From: a virus
Length of the DNA stretch: 41,225 bases
Direction: 5' to 3' (one strand)
Virus record (IMG/VR): IMGVR_UViG_3300048838_000134
Coordinates: 1-41,225 of that record
The notes under the pieces are model-generated. The model was not told where the DNA came from, ran no database searches, and saw only the letters and a program-made list of their open reading frames with translations. This document shows, in pieces, positions 15,784-24,337 of the stretch; position 1 is the stretch's first letter, and every line of letters begins with the position of its first letter. A program made the position numbers and the translations under genes.

Positions 15784-17790
15784 TTATAGTGTTACTGCGT
15801 AGTTTGCTGATTGTATCGGATAGGTTCCGGCCTTGTATCCTATCCTGAAGGTGAAATCTGTATCAGGAAGTTCTGTGACGGTTAGCCCCGTGAACGAATA
15901 GTCGTTTGTGCCGAGCAGCATCACAAAGTCCTCGTACCCGCTTCGGACCATCGTGGCGCCGTTGTAAATTGCCCAGAATACACGACGGGTACCCTGTGAG
16001 TAAATCGATGTGGCCGTGAACGTTGGGGCAGGAGAGAAGGGGTCGCCCGTTATCTGCGTACCAATTGCATCGATAGAATCAAGGGTCATCTCTGCCATGT
16101 CAGCAGTACCGGCAAGCTCATTGCCAGCAAAGTTGAAGGTTATAATTGCTTCTATCCCAGCGTAGTATTCTGCTGTGACTATCACCGTGTCATCACCGGT
16201 GCCGGAGGACTTGTTTAAACTCACTCCCGCACCCGCTGTGACCGTCCATGCTATGTTAGCAGTAACGGTTATCGTTGCCGTCTGCCCCTCGTAGGTGAAT
16301 ACAATAGTCTCGCCGGAGATAGAATACAGGCCCGTTGCCCATTTCACTACCTGACACTTAGCCATCTTACCGCTGTCGGGGTCAAAGCCTGTGATCTTAT
16401 TGAGATAGAACAGCCCTCCCAGCTCGTTAATGCGTACCAATAGCCACGGGCGGAGCCTCATCAGAGAGTAGGTGTCAAGGTATATCTCAGCATCAAAGGC
16501 TATTCCCTTTGCAGCAAGCAGCCGGTAGGTCGTCCACCACGTAGAGAAATCAAAGTATGTCAGCACTTTCAGCAGTACATCAGTTGCCGTATCTGTCCCG
16601 TGGGTTATGGTTGTATAATCGGGGTCGCCGCTGTCGTAGAGAAGGATGGCACCCTCACGCCCTTCGGCGGTGTTGAAGAAGTTCTTGGAGTACTGGCCGA
16701 CGTATAGCTGGCCGGGAAGGGAAATGTCAAAGGTCAGCAGGTTCTTCTCTTCCTCCGGCTTCACCGGAGAGGTAACAGTGAGCTTGCCGATATCCTCTGC
16801 CCCTGCGTAGCTGATATGGTTCAGCGAGCCGTGGCCGGGGATGGCAAAGTATTTCCTCTCTACTTTTGCCTTACCGGAGAGATCCACAGCCCCGGTAGTT
16901 GTGAGGGCGTTTAAGGGTATCAGTCTTATGTCCGTCCGGTCCTGCCAGATAGCAGCGCAGAAGAGTTGAGCTACAGCCTTCAGAAACTCCCATGACGTTT
17001 TACCGCCGAAGTTTTTGAAGTCAGCACGGTCGACAACCTGCCCGTTCAGTAGTCTCTGCCCGGAGGCAAGTTCAATAGTCCATGACGAGGTATTGTCATA
17101 CAGTACCCAGTTCCAACACGGGGTGTAAAGTTTCTGGAGTTCGGTATACAGGTCTGAATCCGCCAGCGCAACGAACACCCCAGCCTCGTAAACCTGCAAG
17201 GTCAGCACTCCTTCAGCTATCATCTGGTCAAGAATAGCCGCAGCCGACAGCCATACCTCATGCGTATGCCCGTTGGCACCGGAATAAATGGTCCAGATTG
17301 ACGATGCAATAGACCCTTCAAGTGTCCGGGGAAGGATGAATCCGGGGTTTATCCCTGCGTCGATACCTGCCCGGAGGCTTTCAATAGCATCGGCATAATC
17401 GGTGTAGGTAAAAGTTTCAGCGCAATCGGCAATGATCTCCTCGAGGGTGTAGCTCTCGATGTCCTCAATGAAGCGGTTACGGCCCGTGACCGTCCCCTGA
17501 TACCCGTCCTTACCGGCATTGAGTACCTTGAAAGTTCCTTCCCGTATGAACCGGAGCGCACCTATCCACAGGTCCACGTCCTGAATAGCCCTCACAGCAG
17601 CGGGGTTGCCACCGATAACGTCACCATAGCCCATGATTTTCTTGTTCGCCGGGGTGTACGGTAGGGTGAGAGTAGAGGTGAAAGGGCTGTAACGCTTACC
17701 CGGTTCGGCAAGGTTAAGATACTCCCAGTTGATTGCTATTGGCGCCTGCGGAAGGTCAGCCGGTGAGCCTGATATCATTATCCTCTTCAT
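15784..17790 (-). CDS. Large tail/baseplate-like structural protein with BACON-like Ig domain
   Basis: 668 aa. The segment IVFTYEGQTATITVTANIAWTVTAGAGVSLNKSSGTGDDTVIVTAE follows the BACON-domain pattern. Adjacent to the tape-measure-like gene. Confidence 0.45.
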   Translation of the reverse strand: MKRIMISGSPADLPQAPIAINWEYLNLAEPGKRYSPFTSTLTLPYTPANKKIMGYGDVIGGNPAAVRAIQDVDLWIGALRFIREGTFKVLNAGKDGYQGTVTGRNRFIEDIESYTLEEIIADCAETFTYTDYADAIESLRAGIDAGINPGFILPRTLEGSIASSIWTIYSGANGHTHEVWLSAAAILDQMIAEGVLTLQVYEAGVFVALADSDLYTELQKLYTPCWNWVLYDNTSSWTIELASGQRLLNGQVVDRADFKNFGGKTSWEFLKAVAQLFCAAIWQDRTDIRLIPLNALTTTGAVDLSGKAKVERKYFAIPGHGSLNHISYAGAEDIGKLTVTSPVKPEEEKNLLTFDISLPGQLYVGQYSKNFFNTAEGREGAILLYDSGDPDYTTITHGTDTATDVLLKVLTYFDFSTWWTTYRLLAAKGIAFDAEIYLDTYSLMRLRPWLLVRINELGGLFYLNKITGFDPDSGKMAKCQVVKWATGLYSISGETIVFTYEGQTATITVTANIAWTVTAGAGVSLNKSSGTGDDTVIVTAEYYAGIEAIITFNFAGNELAGTADMAEMTLDSIDAIGTQITGDPFSPAPTFTATSIYSQGTRRVFWAIYNGATMVRSGYEDFVMLLGTNDYSFTGLTVTELPDTDFTFRIGYKAGTYPIQSANYAVTL

Positions 17791-17791
17791 C

Positions 17792-18982
17792 TCAGAACCT
17801 CACGTTAAAGGGTTCGGGAAGGACAAGCTCTACGGTGAAGTTTTCACGTGAGCGGTTGCTGCGGTAGCTGGCTGATCCTGCAACCTCACACTCTACCCAT
17901 GTGCCTGCCGTGTCGGCGGCTCCGTCGGTGCCAACAAAGAGGTACACATGACGGGAGGAGTAGAGGGCAGCGAGCAGCGGCCAATAGGTGCTGTCAGCCT
18001 TCGTCGAGATAGTTATACGACGGGATTCTTCGTAACCGGTGATCTCTTTCAGGGAGTTGACGTTCACAAGGGTAGTGAGATTCTTGTCAAGCTCCACGCC
18101 TTTTTTGCCGCTTACGTTAGTCACCTTATTCCCGGTGAATGGAAAGGACACATAACCGAGGGCAGGGTGCTGCCAGCAGACCGGCACGACGGAGGCGCAG
18201 TCAGGGTCGTAGTCAATGATAATGCTCTTACTGCCTGCCGGGGTAGTAATTGTGATAAGATTCTTTCCTTTGTCAAGGTAGATGGATGTCTTTGCGAATT
18301 TATACTGATAGTAGCCTGCCGTAATAGTACCCGAATAAATAGTTGTCGCACCCGTGCCCGTCAGTCCCCCGTCAACCGTTGTGCTGTCGTCTGCCGTCAC
18401 GGTGGTACTGTCTGCCGTGTAGCTACCGGAGCCACCCGCATCACCCTTGGCGATTGTTACTGCTCCGCTCGCCCAGAAGAAAATAGCGTTGTACGTGTTC
18501 TTGCTCCACCTTAAATTCTGAAGTATAGAGTTATTATATACCCGATTAAGATTAAACCCGTATTCGGTTGGCAGGGCGTCGGCAAGGTAAAGCCAAAAAT
18601 GGTCTATGCTTAGGGTCTGCTCATCAGATGTGCCTCTCTCGAAATATATGTCAACATAAACCCTGCGGAAATATTCATCAAACGCCTGCAGGAGATTGCC
18701 ATTAATGAACTCAAGGTCATCAGGCTTCAGCACCCCGTCAAAATTAGCAAGGACGTGCTTCATTACATCCGAGAGGTCAACAGAAAAGTAATGCACGTCG
18801 CTGGCCGTCCTTAGATACACAGCTTCAATGGTCACATCCTCTGACGTTCCATTAATGACTATCTCTGCCGTGGGAGAGGTTACCGCTGCCGCACCTGACA
18901 CGGAGAAGTAAAGAACGGGGCGCATGAACGGGGAGAGCAGATCGCCGTCGTTCTCCATTTCGTTTTGTACTGCTATTGCCAT
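17792..18982 (-). CDS. Structural (tail-associated) protein, unknown function
   Basis: 396-aa ORF tightly packed between structural genes, with a Thr/Gly/Ser-rich central linker. Confidence 0.45.
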   Translation of the reverse strand: MAIAVQNEMENDGDLLSPFMRPVLYFSVSGAAAVTSPTAEIVINGTSEDVTIEAVYLRTASDVHYFSVDLSDVMKHVLANFDGVLKPDDLEFINGNLLQAFDEYFRRVYVDIYFERGTSDEQTLSIDHFWLYLADALPTEYGFNLNRVYNNSILQNLRWSKNTYNAIFFWASGAVTIAKGDAGGSGSYTADSTTVTADDSTTVDGGLTGTGATTIYSGTITAGYYQYKFAKTSIYLDKGKNLITITTPAGSKSIIIDYDPDCASVVPVCWQHPALGYVSFPFTGNKVTNVSGKKGVELDKNLTTLVNVNSLKEITGYEESRRITISTKADSTYWPLLAALYSSRHVYLFVGTDGAADTAGTWVECEVAGSASYRSNRSRENFTVELVLPEPFNVRF

Positions 18983-18986
18983 ATCT

Positions 18987-19454
18987 TTATTTTCTGAAAA
19001 GTCTCTCGACGTCTGTTGTTATTATCCTGATAAAGTTGTCATTCATCTGTGCCACCAGTCCGTCAAACCACTCGTTTGTCACCACATCCTCCACCACGTC
19101 GCCGGGGTTGAACCGGTTCGGTACCGTTATCCCTTCACGGACTATCTTCCACGCAGCAGCATAGGGGTTGACCGAGATACCTTTGTCCTTCACCCACTGC
19201 TCAAGAATGTGCCCCAGTGACCGTGCCTGTTTCGCTGTCTGCTTCTTGTTTGGTTTACGCCCCTCCTCCATGAACCACACATGACCCTCACTCTCCATGA
19301 CAGCCTTGATGCTGTGGCCGGTGTCCTCCACGGTGTATGACAGACCCTTCTCGTACTTACCCGATGCCTTCAGACCCTTCTCAAGGTAGGAGGCAACCAG
19401 GTCTTTCTTGGTCTGCTCCATGTAAGCGGTCACTATTTCGAGGGCGTTAGTCAT
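18987..19454 (-). CDS. Possible HK97-gp10-like head-tail/tail-completion protein
   Basis: 155 aa. The pattern ...SIKAVMESEGHVWFMEEGRKP... and the size resemble the gp10 family. Weak, pattern-based call. Confidence 0.3.
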   Translation of the reverse strand: MTNALEIVTAYMEQTKKDLVASYLEKGLKASGKYEKGLSYTVEDTGHSIKAVMESEGHVWFMEEGRKPNKKQTAKQARSLGHILEQWVKDKGISVNPYAAAWKIVREGITVPNRFNPGDVVEDVVTNEWFDGLVAQMNDNFIRIITTDVERLFRK

Positions 19455-19780
19455 GCTACTTTCAGATACTTATGACATTGCGTTGCAACCCATCCGGTCA
19501 GATAGGCAATAAGCTCCTCATCTTTCTCAATGCCGTGTTCCTCGACGATACGGTGAGCAATGTGTACTGATTCGTGGGCGATAGTCTCATTGTCGCAGTC
19601 GTCGAAGATTATGACAAATGCCTGCCGGCCACTGCGGTCATAGCAGACGCTGGTATATGCACCGAAAGGCTCCTCGGGGTCATACTCAAGATTGACCATA
19701 CCGAATGCCTCCTCAAGCGGAATCCCTTGCATCAGGATCAGCGTCCCGTGGAAGATCGGTATGTCAATCTTCTTAATCAT
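19451..19780 (-). CDS. Small HExxH (zincin-like) protein
   Basis: 109 aa with AHESVHIAH (an HExxH motif) and a downstream Glu-rich helix. ATGA overlaps on both sides. Confidence 0.4.
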   Translation of the reverse strand: MIKKIDIPIFHGTLILMQGIPLEEAFGMVNLEYDPEEPFGAYTSVCYDRSGRQAFVIIFDDCDNETIAHESVHIAHRIVEEHGIEKDEELIAYLTGWVATQCHKYLKVA

Positions 19781-20502
19781 ACCGTCACCGCTGTTATCGT
19801 ATTACTATTGCCGGAGGTGCCCGTGTCATTGTACGCCCTCACCCGGTAGTAGTAGGTTGTACCGCCAGTCAGCCCCGTAACAAGGCTGTATTCTTTGTTG
19901 CCGCAGTCCCGGTTGGTCACCACCAAAGAGGTGAACGCCGTGTCGGTAGCCACGTCAAGGTAGTACCCTTCAGCCGTCAGCTTCTGCCAGTTCGCAATAA
20001 ACTGAGTAGCGGCAATGGATGAAGCGGCAAGGGCAAGGGGTGTAACGGGTGCGCTGTTCTCCTGAGAGGGGTCGTAAGTGAACGACAAGTCACAGCCTAT
20101 GACGTCGGTGTTCTCGTCAAAGCGGTTCAGCTCCCGGAAGATCTCACCGCTCAGCACCTCTATCTCTGACCCGCACAGCGACTGAAGGATCACCTCCATG
20201 AGGCTTCTAAGGTACTTCAGCCTGCGGTCATACTTCTGCTTCTCTGTTTCGTCAAGGCTGCTGTATGTTCCTGCGGGGTCGAACTTCCTCCCCACCCACA
20301 GGATTGTTGACACAGTGTAAGAAGCCATCGCCCCGTTGTCAAACGTGCCACGCTCCCTGAAGGGGAACATACCCATGAAACACCCGCCGTCGGTGATATC
20401 CTTCTGTGTCAGCTCCCAGTTCTGAAAGGGCTTTGCCCCGTAAATGAACGTCAGCGACTGCGCTGTGGCAATGTCCTCGAATACCTGTACCGGATCAAAC
20501 AT
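19777..20502 (-). CDS. Structural protein with C-terminal fibronectin type III domain
   Basis: C-terminal APVTPLALAASSIAATQFIANWQ...GYYLDVATD..YSLVTGLTGGTTYYYRVRAYNDTGTSGNS is a textbook FN3 pattern. Confidence 0.6.
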   Translation of the reverse strand: MFDPVQVFEDIATAQSLTFIYGAKPFQNWELTQKDITDGGCFMGMFPFRERGTFDNGAMASYTVSTILWVGRKFDPAGTYSSLDETEKQKYDRRLKYLRSLMEVILQSLCGSEIEVLSGEIFRELNRFDENTDVIGCDLSFTYDPSQENSAPVTPLALAASSIAATQFIANWQKLTAEGYYLDVATDTAFTSLVVTNRDCGNKEYSLVTGLTGGTTYYYRVRAYNDTGTSGNSNTITAVTV

Positions 20503-21043
20503 TTCTATTCTGTTTTATGAGTGCCTTGTTGTATTCAATATCAGTCTTTTGCAGTAGCAGGGTGGCAAAGATTTCCGAATACGGCATCCTTCCTATTGCG
20601 TCGTACTTCAAAGGGTCGCCGCCTGCCAGCCGGTAGAGCGTTGCGAACCACGAGAACTGAGCATAGCGGTCTATCCATGCGTTCATCTCTGCCGTGTCAG
20701 GCTCGTAGGATAGCTGCTGCTCACGTTCATTCACGTACTTGATTGTCCCCACAAGGAAGTTGTAGAACTTCAGCACCTCGTGCCACTTGAGTTCAAGCAC
20801 CTCCTCCCTGCTCTTCAATGATGCAATCACCACGGCCTCGGTCAAATCATCCCATGACACGTAATCGCTGCCAATGAGATCCTGCACCTGCTTCACCCTT
20901 GCCCACTCCCACTGCATAGGATCCTTATCGGTGAGGTTGCGGGGCTTTGCATGAAGTCCATAAGCCTTGTAAAGCTCTCTCTCTTCGTGTGGCAGCTCAA
21001 GAAACTGCCGGTAGGTGTAGTCGTATAGTTCAAAATCGTTCAT
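20495..21043 (-). CDS. Hypothetical protein downstream of TerL
   Basis: 182-aa ORF that overlaps its neighbours by 4-8 nt. No motif recognised. Confidence 0.45.
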   Translation of the reverse strand: MNDFELYDYTYRQFLELPHEERELYKAYGLHAKPRNLTDKDPMQWEWARVKQVQDLIGSDYVSWDDLTEAVVIASLKSREEVLELKWHEVLKFYNFLVGTIKYVNEREQQLSYEPDTAEMNAWIDRYAQFSWFATLYRLAGGDPLKYDAIGRMPYSEIFATLLLQKTDIEYNKALIKQNRNV

Positions 21044-22347
21044 CCTATGGCACGTGAAACAGGTTGCTTATCTCCAATCTCGAAATACATACGCATGATA
21101 AACACGTCGAGCCAGTCCGGGCTGCGGCCTATCGCTTCCTTAATCTTCTCCTTCGGGAGGATGCGCAGCTTGCCGTCTTTGTCGGCATCATACGTCTTGA
21201 GCATCCCCAGCTCAGTTGTTATCATCTCTCTCTCGCTGTCCGGCAGATCACAGGCAATGTAGATGCCCCGTATCATCTCTGCCAGCTTATACCCGCACTC
21301 TGCCTTGAGATTCTGATACACGGGGTTGATAGCCTTTGACCCGTTAAGGAATCCCTTGCACCGGAGAGCATCAACCACACCGCCACCAACACCGTCCTCG
21401 TCAACCAGGATGTCAGAGATGTTTATTTTATCCTGCGCTCTCCATGCGTTTATGATGTTCTTTATGTCCTCCATAGATGAGATATTCAGGGCGGCGTACT
21501 TCACGAGGCGCATCCCTTCCCACTGGGTAATGATGGCACGGTCAGACCCGTAGCGGGCAATGTCAGCAATGATCCTCTTTGTGCCCTTTGCGGCAAAGTC
21601 ATTTGAGAACAGGTCGTTTATCCTCTCGAAGTCAATCAGGGCTGTGGGGTCATCCTCATACTCCCAGTTGCCATCCATGAGCCTTGCCCGTGTTGACTTG
21701 TCTTTGATGTCCTTGAGCTGCGCCCCGTACACCGTTGCCGTGTGAGGGTTGTCGGAATACAATGCCTGAACAAAGAGGGTATCTTCCGGCAGGGTGCCGT
21801 TCTTTGACGGCAGGTAAAATGTCGAATACGTCCAGTTCTTTTTTGGGTTGCCGGTGATGGCAAGGGTGGCGGGTATATTCATCTCCTCATTGAGGTGCCT
21901 GCCGATCCTGGACTTCAACACGTCATAGGCAAGGGCATGGATCTCGCCCGCCTCTTCTATTGCTCCGTCGGTGTATTCAAGTGAGCCAAACCGTTCATAA
22001 AGCGGGTCGGAGGGGAGAAACTTCAGGTCGAGCAGGTCAATGCGACTGCCGTTGGTGAACTCGATGTAGTTGTACTGTCCGTTCAGGTGCCACAGATCTC
22101 TCGGTATGTTATGATGCTTGCAGACCTTGCACCACGTTATGTACGTTGATGACATGAGCCGCTTCAACTCCTCACGTCCGATGAAAGACTTGTAACCAGG
22201 ATAACGCAGGCAGTTTATCAGCCGGGTTTCACACAGCCACCACGACTTACCCGATCCGGCACCGCCACCAAAGTACACCTTGTTGTACCTCCGCAGACCC
22301 TCCCATGCGAGATGCTGCTTGTAGGTGGGGGTGAGGCGTATCTTCAT
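21040..22347 (-). CDS. terL: Terminase large subunit
   Basis: Walker A FGGGAGSGKSWW near the N-terminus, an acidic Walker-B-like region, and a C-terminal RNaseH-like nuclease region (VDEDGVGGGVVD). 435 aa, directly after TerS. Confidence 0.8.
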   Translation of the reverse strand: MKIRLTPTYKQHLAWEGLRRYNKVYFGGGAGSGKSWWLCETRLINCLRYPGYKSFIGREELKRLMSSTYITWCKVCKHHNIPRDLWHLNGQYNYIEFTNGSRIDLLDLKFLPSDPLYERFGSLEYTDGAIEEAGEIHALAYDVLKSRIGRHLNEEMNIPATLAITGNPKKNWTYSTFYLPSKNGTLPEDTLFVQALYSDNPHTATVYGAQLKDIKDKSTRARLMDGNWEYEDDPTALIDFERINDLFSNDFAAKGTKRIIADIARYGSDRAIITQWEGMRLVKYAALNISSMEDIKNIINAWRAQDKINISDILVDEDGVGGGVVDALRCKGFLNGSKAINPVYQNLKAECGYKLAEMIRGIYIACDLPDSEREMITTELGMLKTYDADKDGKLRILPKEKIKEAIGRSPDWLDVFIMRMYFEIGDKQPVSRAIG

Positions 22348-22775
22348 TTTGGCACGATGTATTCAATGTCAATAACTCCGGTAGTGGAATGATCCACGTC
22401 AATTCTTTCGCCGTATTTCTTTGGCTGCAACTTTGCAAGCAACCACTTCCGGCTGTCAACTCTCAGCCTGTCCCGCTGAACAACGGCATTATCAACCACC
22501 TCCCGGCCGTCCTTCAGTGTTATCATATCTCCTCCCACGTTGTCAGCTATCTCCATTATCTCGTCAGCGATAACATCAGCCCTCATTTCACACGCACGGG
22601 CGTATCGCTTTACTTTTTCTTCGTCTATATTCAGGAGCTTATCAAATGTTCGAGACGACATCCGCAAATTGCCGTTTTCATCCTTTAAGGCCTTGCGCCA
22701 CGAATACCCTTTTTCCGCTATATCAAAAAGAATCTCATCAAACATTTTATTGATCCTATCTTTTCGTGCGGTCAT
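22344..22775 (-). CDS. terS: Terminase small subunit
   Basis: 143 aa. C-terminal RDRLRVDSRKWLLAKLQPKKYGE matches the conserved tail of a common TerS family. ATGA overlap with terL. Confidence 0.6.
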   Translation of the reverse strand: MTARKDRINKMFDEILFDIAEKGYSWRKALKDENGNLRMSSRTFDKLLNIDEEKVKRYARACEMRADVIADEIMEIADNVGGDMITLKDGREVVDNAVVQRDRLRVDSRKWLLAKLQPKKYGERIDVDHSTTGVIDIEYIVPK

Positions 22776-22781
22776 AATTGT

Positions 22782-22833
22782 GGACTTCCTTATCCTTTAT
22801 TATTTATTCGGACTTCATTGTCCTTTATTGTTT
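22782..22833. repeat. Two 24-bp imperfect direct repeats (GGACTTCnTTnTCCTTTATTnTTT), 28-bp period, just upstream of terS
   Basis: 22782..22805 and 22810..22833 match at 21/24 positions in a by-eye alignment. Confidence 0.8.
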
Positions 22834-22905
22834 TTATCTCGGATAAAGAAACCTCTTTATCTTCTATTCTTTTACACAGTTTATATCCCTGCATTCCCTT
22901 TGGGC

Positions 22906-23109
22906 TTAAATGTTTTTCAACATCTCTGACAACAGCAACGGCCGTTCCCTGTGACGGATGAATGAGACTTTCGAGGTCATGCAGGTCGTGGGTATAAACT
23001 GTAAATTCACCACACTTTCGCCATTCATATTGCTGATTGTCACTCTGTTTTTGAGTGTCCCGGCATTTCGCTGGGCTGGAAGAACTGTGTCAAAACTCCC
23101 TATGTCCAT
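22906..23109 (-). CDS. Possible small protein (67 aa) at the head of the late operon
   Basis: This ORF starts about 20 nt downstream of the predicted promoter at 23135..23166. No recognisable motif, so it could be non-coding leader. Confidence 0.3.
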   Translation of the reverse strand: MDIGSFDTVLPAQRNAGTLKNRVTISNMNGESVVNLQFIPTTCMTSKVSFIRHRERPLLLSEMLKNI

Positions 23110-23134
23110 AGAAAAAAGAAAGCGTTGCTTTTTG

Positions 23135-23166
23135 CAAATATAGCACCGCTTTCCCGATTTTCCAAA
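23135..23166 (-). promoter_or_regulatory. Bacteroides-type promoter (-33 TTTG, 20-nt spacer, -7 TATATTTG) facing the packaging/late operon
   Basis: The minus strand reads TTTG-gaaaatcgggaaagcggtgc-TATATTTG. This is an exact fit to the TTTG/TAnnTTTG consensus and spacing. Confidence 0.55.
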
Positions 23167-23238
23167 AAAAAGATTTAACGAGTGTTACTTCTTATAAAAA
23201 AGAGTAGTAATTATACACTACAAAGAGCAGTAATAATA

Positions 23239-23499
23239 TTACTTACAGATGCCCGAGCTCACGTATTCACTCTTTTCATATTTCGTGCAGCGGTCAACCC
23301 TTGTGTAAGTTACTGCAACGTATTTCCCGGTGTAGCAGTAGTACGTGTAGGTTATTGACCTGTATCCGTCGGTGCTGTCGTAGTATGACACATCATCCGG
23401 TGTGCCATACGGTGCTTTTGGATCAGGTTCATCGCAGGTGATTGGGCTTTCACACGAAAGGCAGAAAGCAAGCAAGAGAAGCGGAAGAATCTTTTTCAT
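23239..23499 (-). CDS. Small lipoprotein
   Basis: MKKILPLLLLAFCLSC lipobox-type signal, followed by a Tyr/Cys-rich mature domain. Confidence 0.6.
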   Translation of the reverse strand: MKKILPLLLLAFCLSCESPITCDEPDPKAPYGTPDDVSYYDSTDGYRSITYTYYCYTGKYVAVTYTRVDRCTKYEKSEYVSSGICK

Positions 23500-23522
23500 G
23501 TTTTTTCTTTTAAAGTTAATAT

Positions 23523-23756
23523 TTATTCCGGTATATTCTCCGGCACCACGAATCTCATCAACTCAAAGGAGTGAATGTTTTTGTACTTGAAGTAATACGG
23601 CTGATCGTGGTTATCAACAAACCAAATCCCCGACTTATCCGCTTCGGTTATCCTGCCATGGATACCCTTGACGTACTGGCTTCCGTTGCCGACAATGAAG
23701 GCAAACTTGCCTATGTGTTCCCGTGCCGTTGCCGCTGTTAGGATCGGTTCGGTCAT
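23523..23756 (-). CDS. Hypothetical protein (77 aa)
   Basis: Start moved to Met at 23756 (MTEPILTAATA...), which forms an ATGA overlap with the upstream stop. Confidence 0.45.
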   Translation of the reverse strand: MTEPILTAATAREHIGKFAFIVGNGSQYVKGIHGRITEADKSGIWFVDNHDQPYYFKYKNIHSFELMRFVVPENIPE

Positions 23757-24337
23757 AGTTCTGCCGGAAATGTTATTGAAGTCCCCGGCTCTGCGAAAGT
23801 GTGTACCCTCTGGCCGGGGTTCCCGAAGGCATAACCGGGAGTTGTCCATGTCAGCAATATCTTATTGAAGTACTGGTTGTCGGCTGTTACCTCCGGCGGT
23901 ATGCCTGCCCCTTCCCAATCAAACGACGCATCAAACCACATCTCCTGATAAGCAAGGATGCGGTCTGCCATGTTGTACAGCGTGTTTATCTTTTCGTAGT
24001 TGTCGGTTATGAGGGTGCTGTCCTGTAGGATTATCTGCGGCGGTACGGTGTCGAGCAGGTGAATAGTGAACATCAGGTCGGTGTGATTGCCGAACTTATC
24101 AATGGCACGTATCATTGCTGACGTGGCCGGAGCTGTTAACCAGGTGCCACGGATAGGGGACTGCCACACGGTATCGATACCACAATTATCTGTGAAGGTG
24201 AACTTCGGCAGGTAATCCGGCATAGCAGCCCCACAGGATTGGTCAACATAGAGATACTGAGCCGGTATCGATTGGCTCATTACGCAGGTGCAGCTCGTCA
24301 TTGCGACGGCAAAGAGAAAGAATAATAGCTTTTTCAT
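23753..24337 (-). CDS. Lipoprotein with HYR-like Ig-fold domain
   Basis: MKKLLFFLFAVAMTSC signal/lipobox. CGAAMPDYLPKFTFTDNCGIDTVWQSPIRG...AIDKFGNHTDLMFTIHLLDTVPP follows the HYR-domain pattern. Confidence 0.5.
   Translation of the reverse strand: MKKLLFFLFAVAMTSCTCVMSQSIPAQYLYVDQSCGAAMPDYLPKFTFTDNCGIDTVWQSPIRGTWLTAPATSAMIRAIDKFGNHTDLMFTIHLLDTVPPQIILQDSTLITDNYEKINTLYNMADRILAYQEMWFDASFDWEGAGIPPEVTADNQYFNKILLTWTTPGYAFGNPGQRVHTFAEPGTSITFPAEL

Noticed and set aside
13801-15848. Many 60-146-aa ORFs on both strands inside the tape-measure-like gene (e.g. 14273..14605, 14467..14841, 14866..15306)
   Set aside because: They are Ser/Arg/Leu/Pro-rich shadow frames of a highly repetitive GAR/AAG-rich coiled-coil gene and are fully nested in a 697-aa ORF. 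The same reasoning applies to the other nested antisense or alternate-frame ORFs throughout the track.
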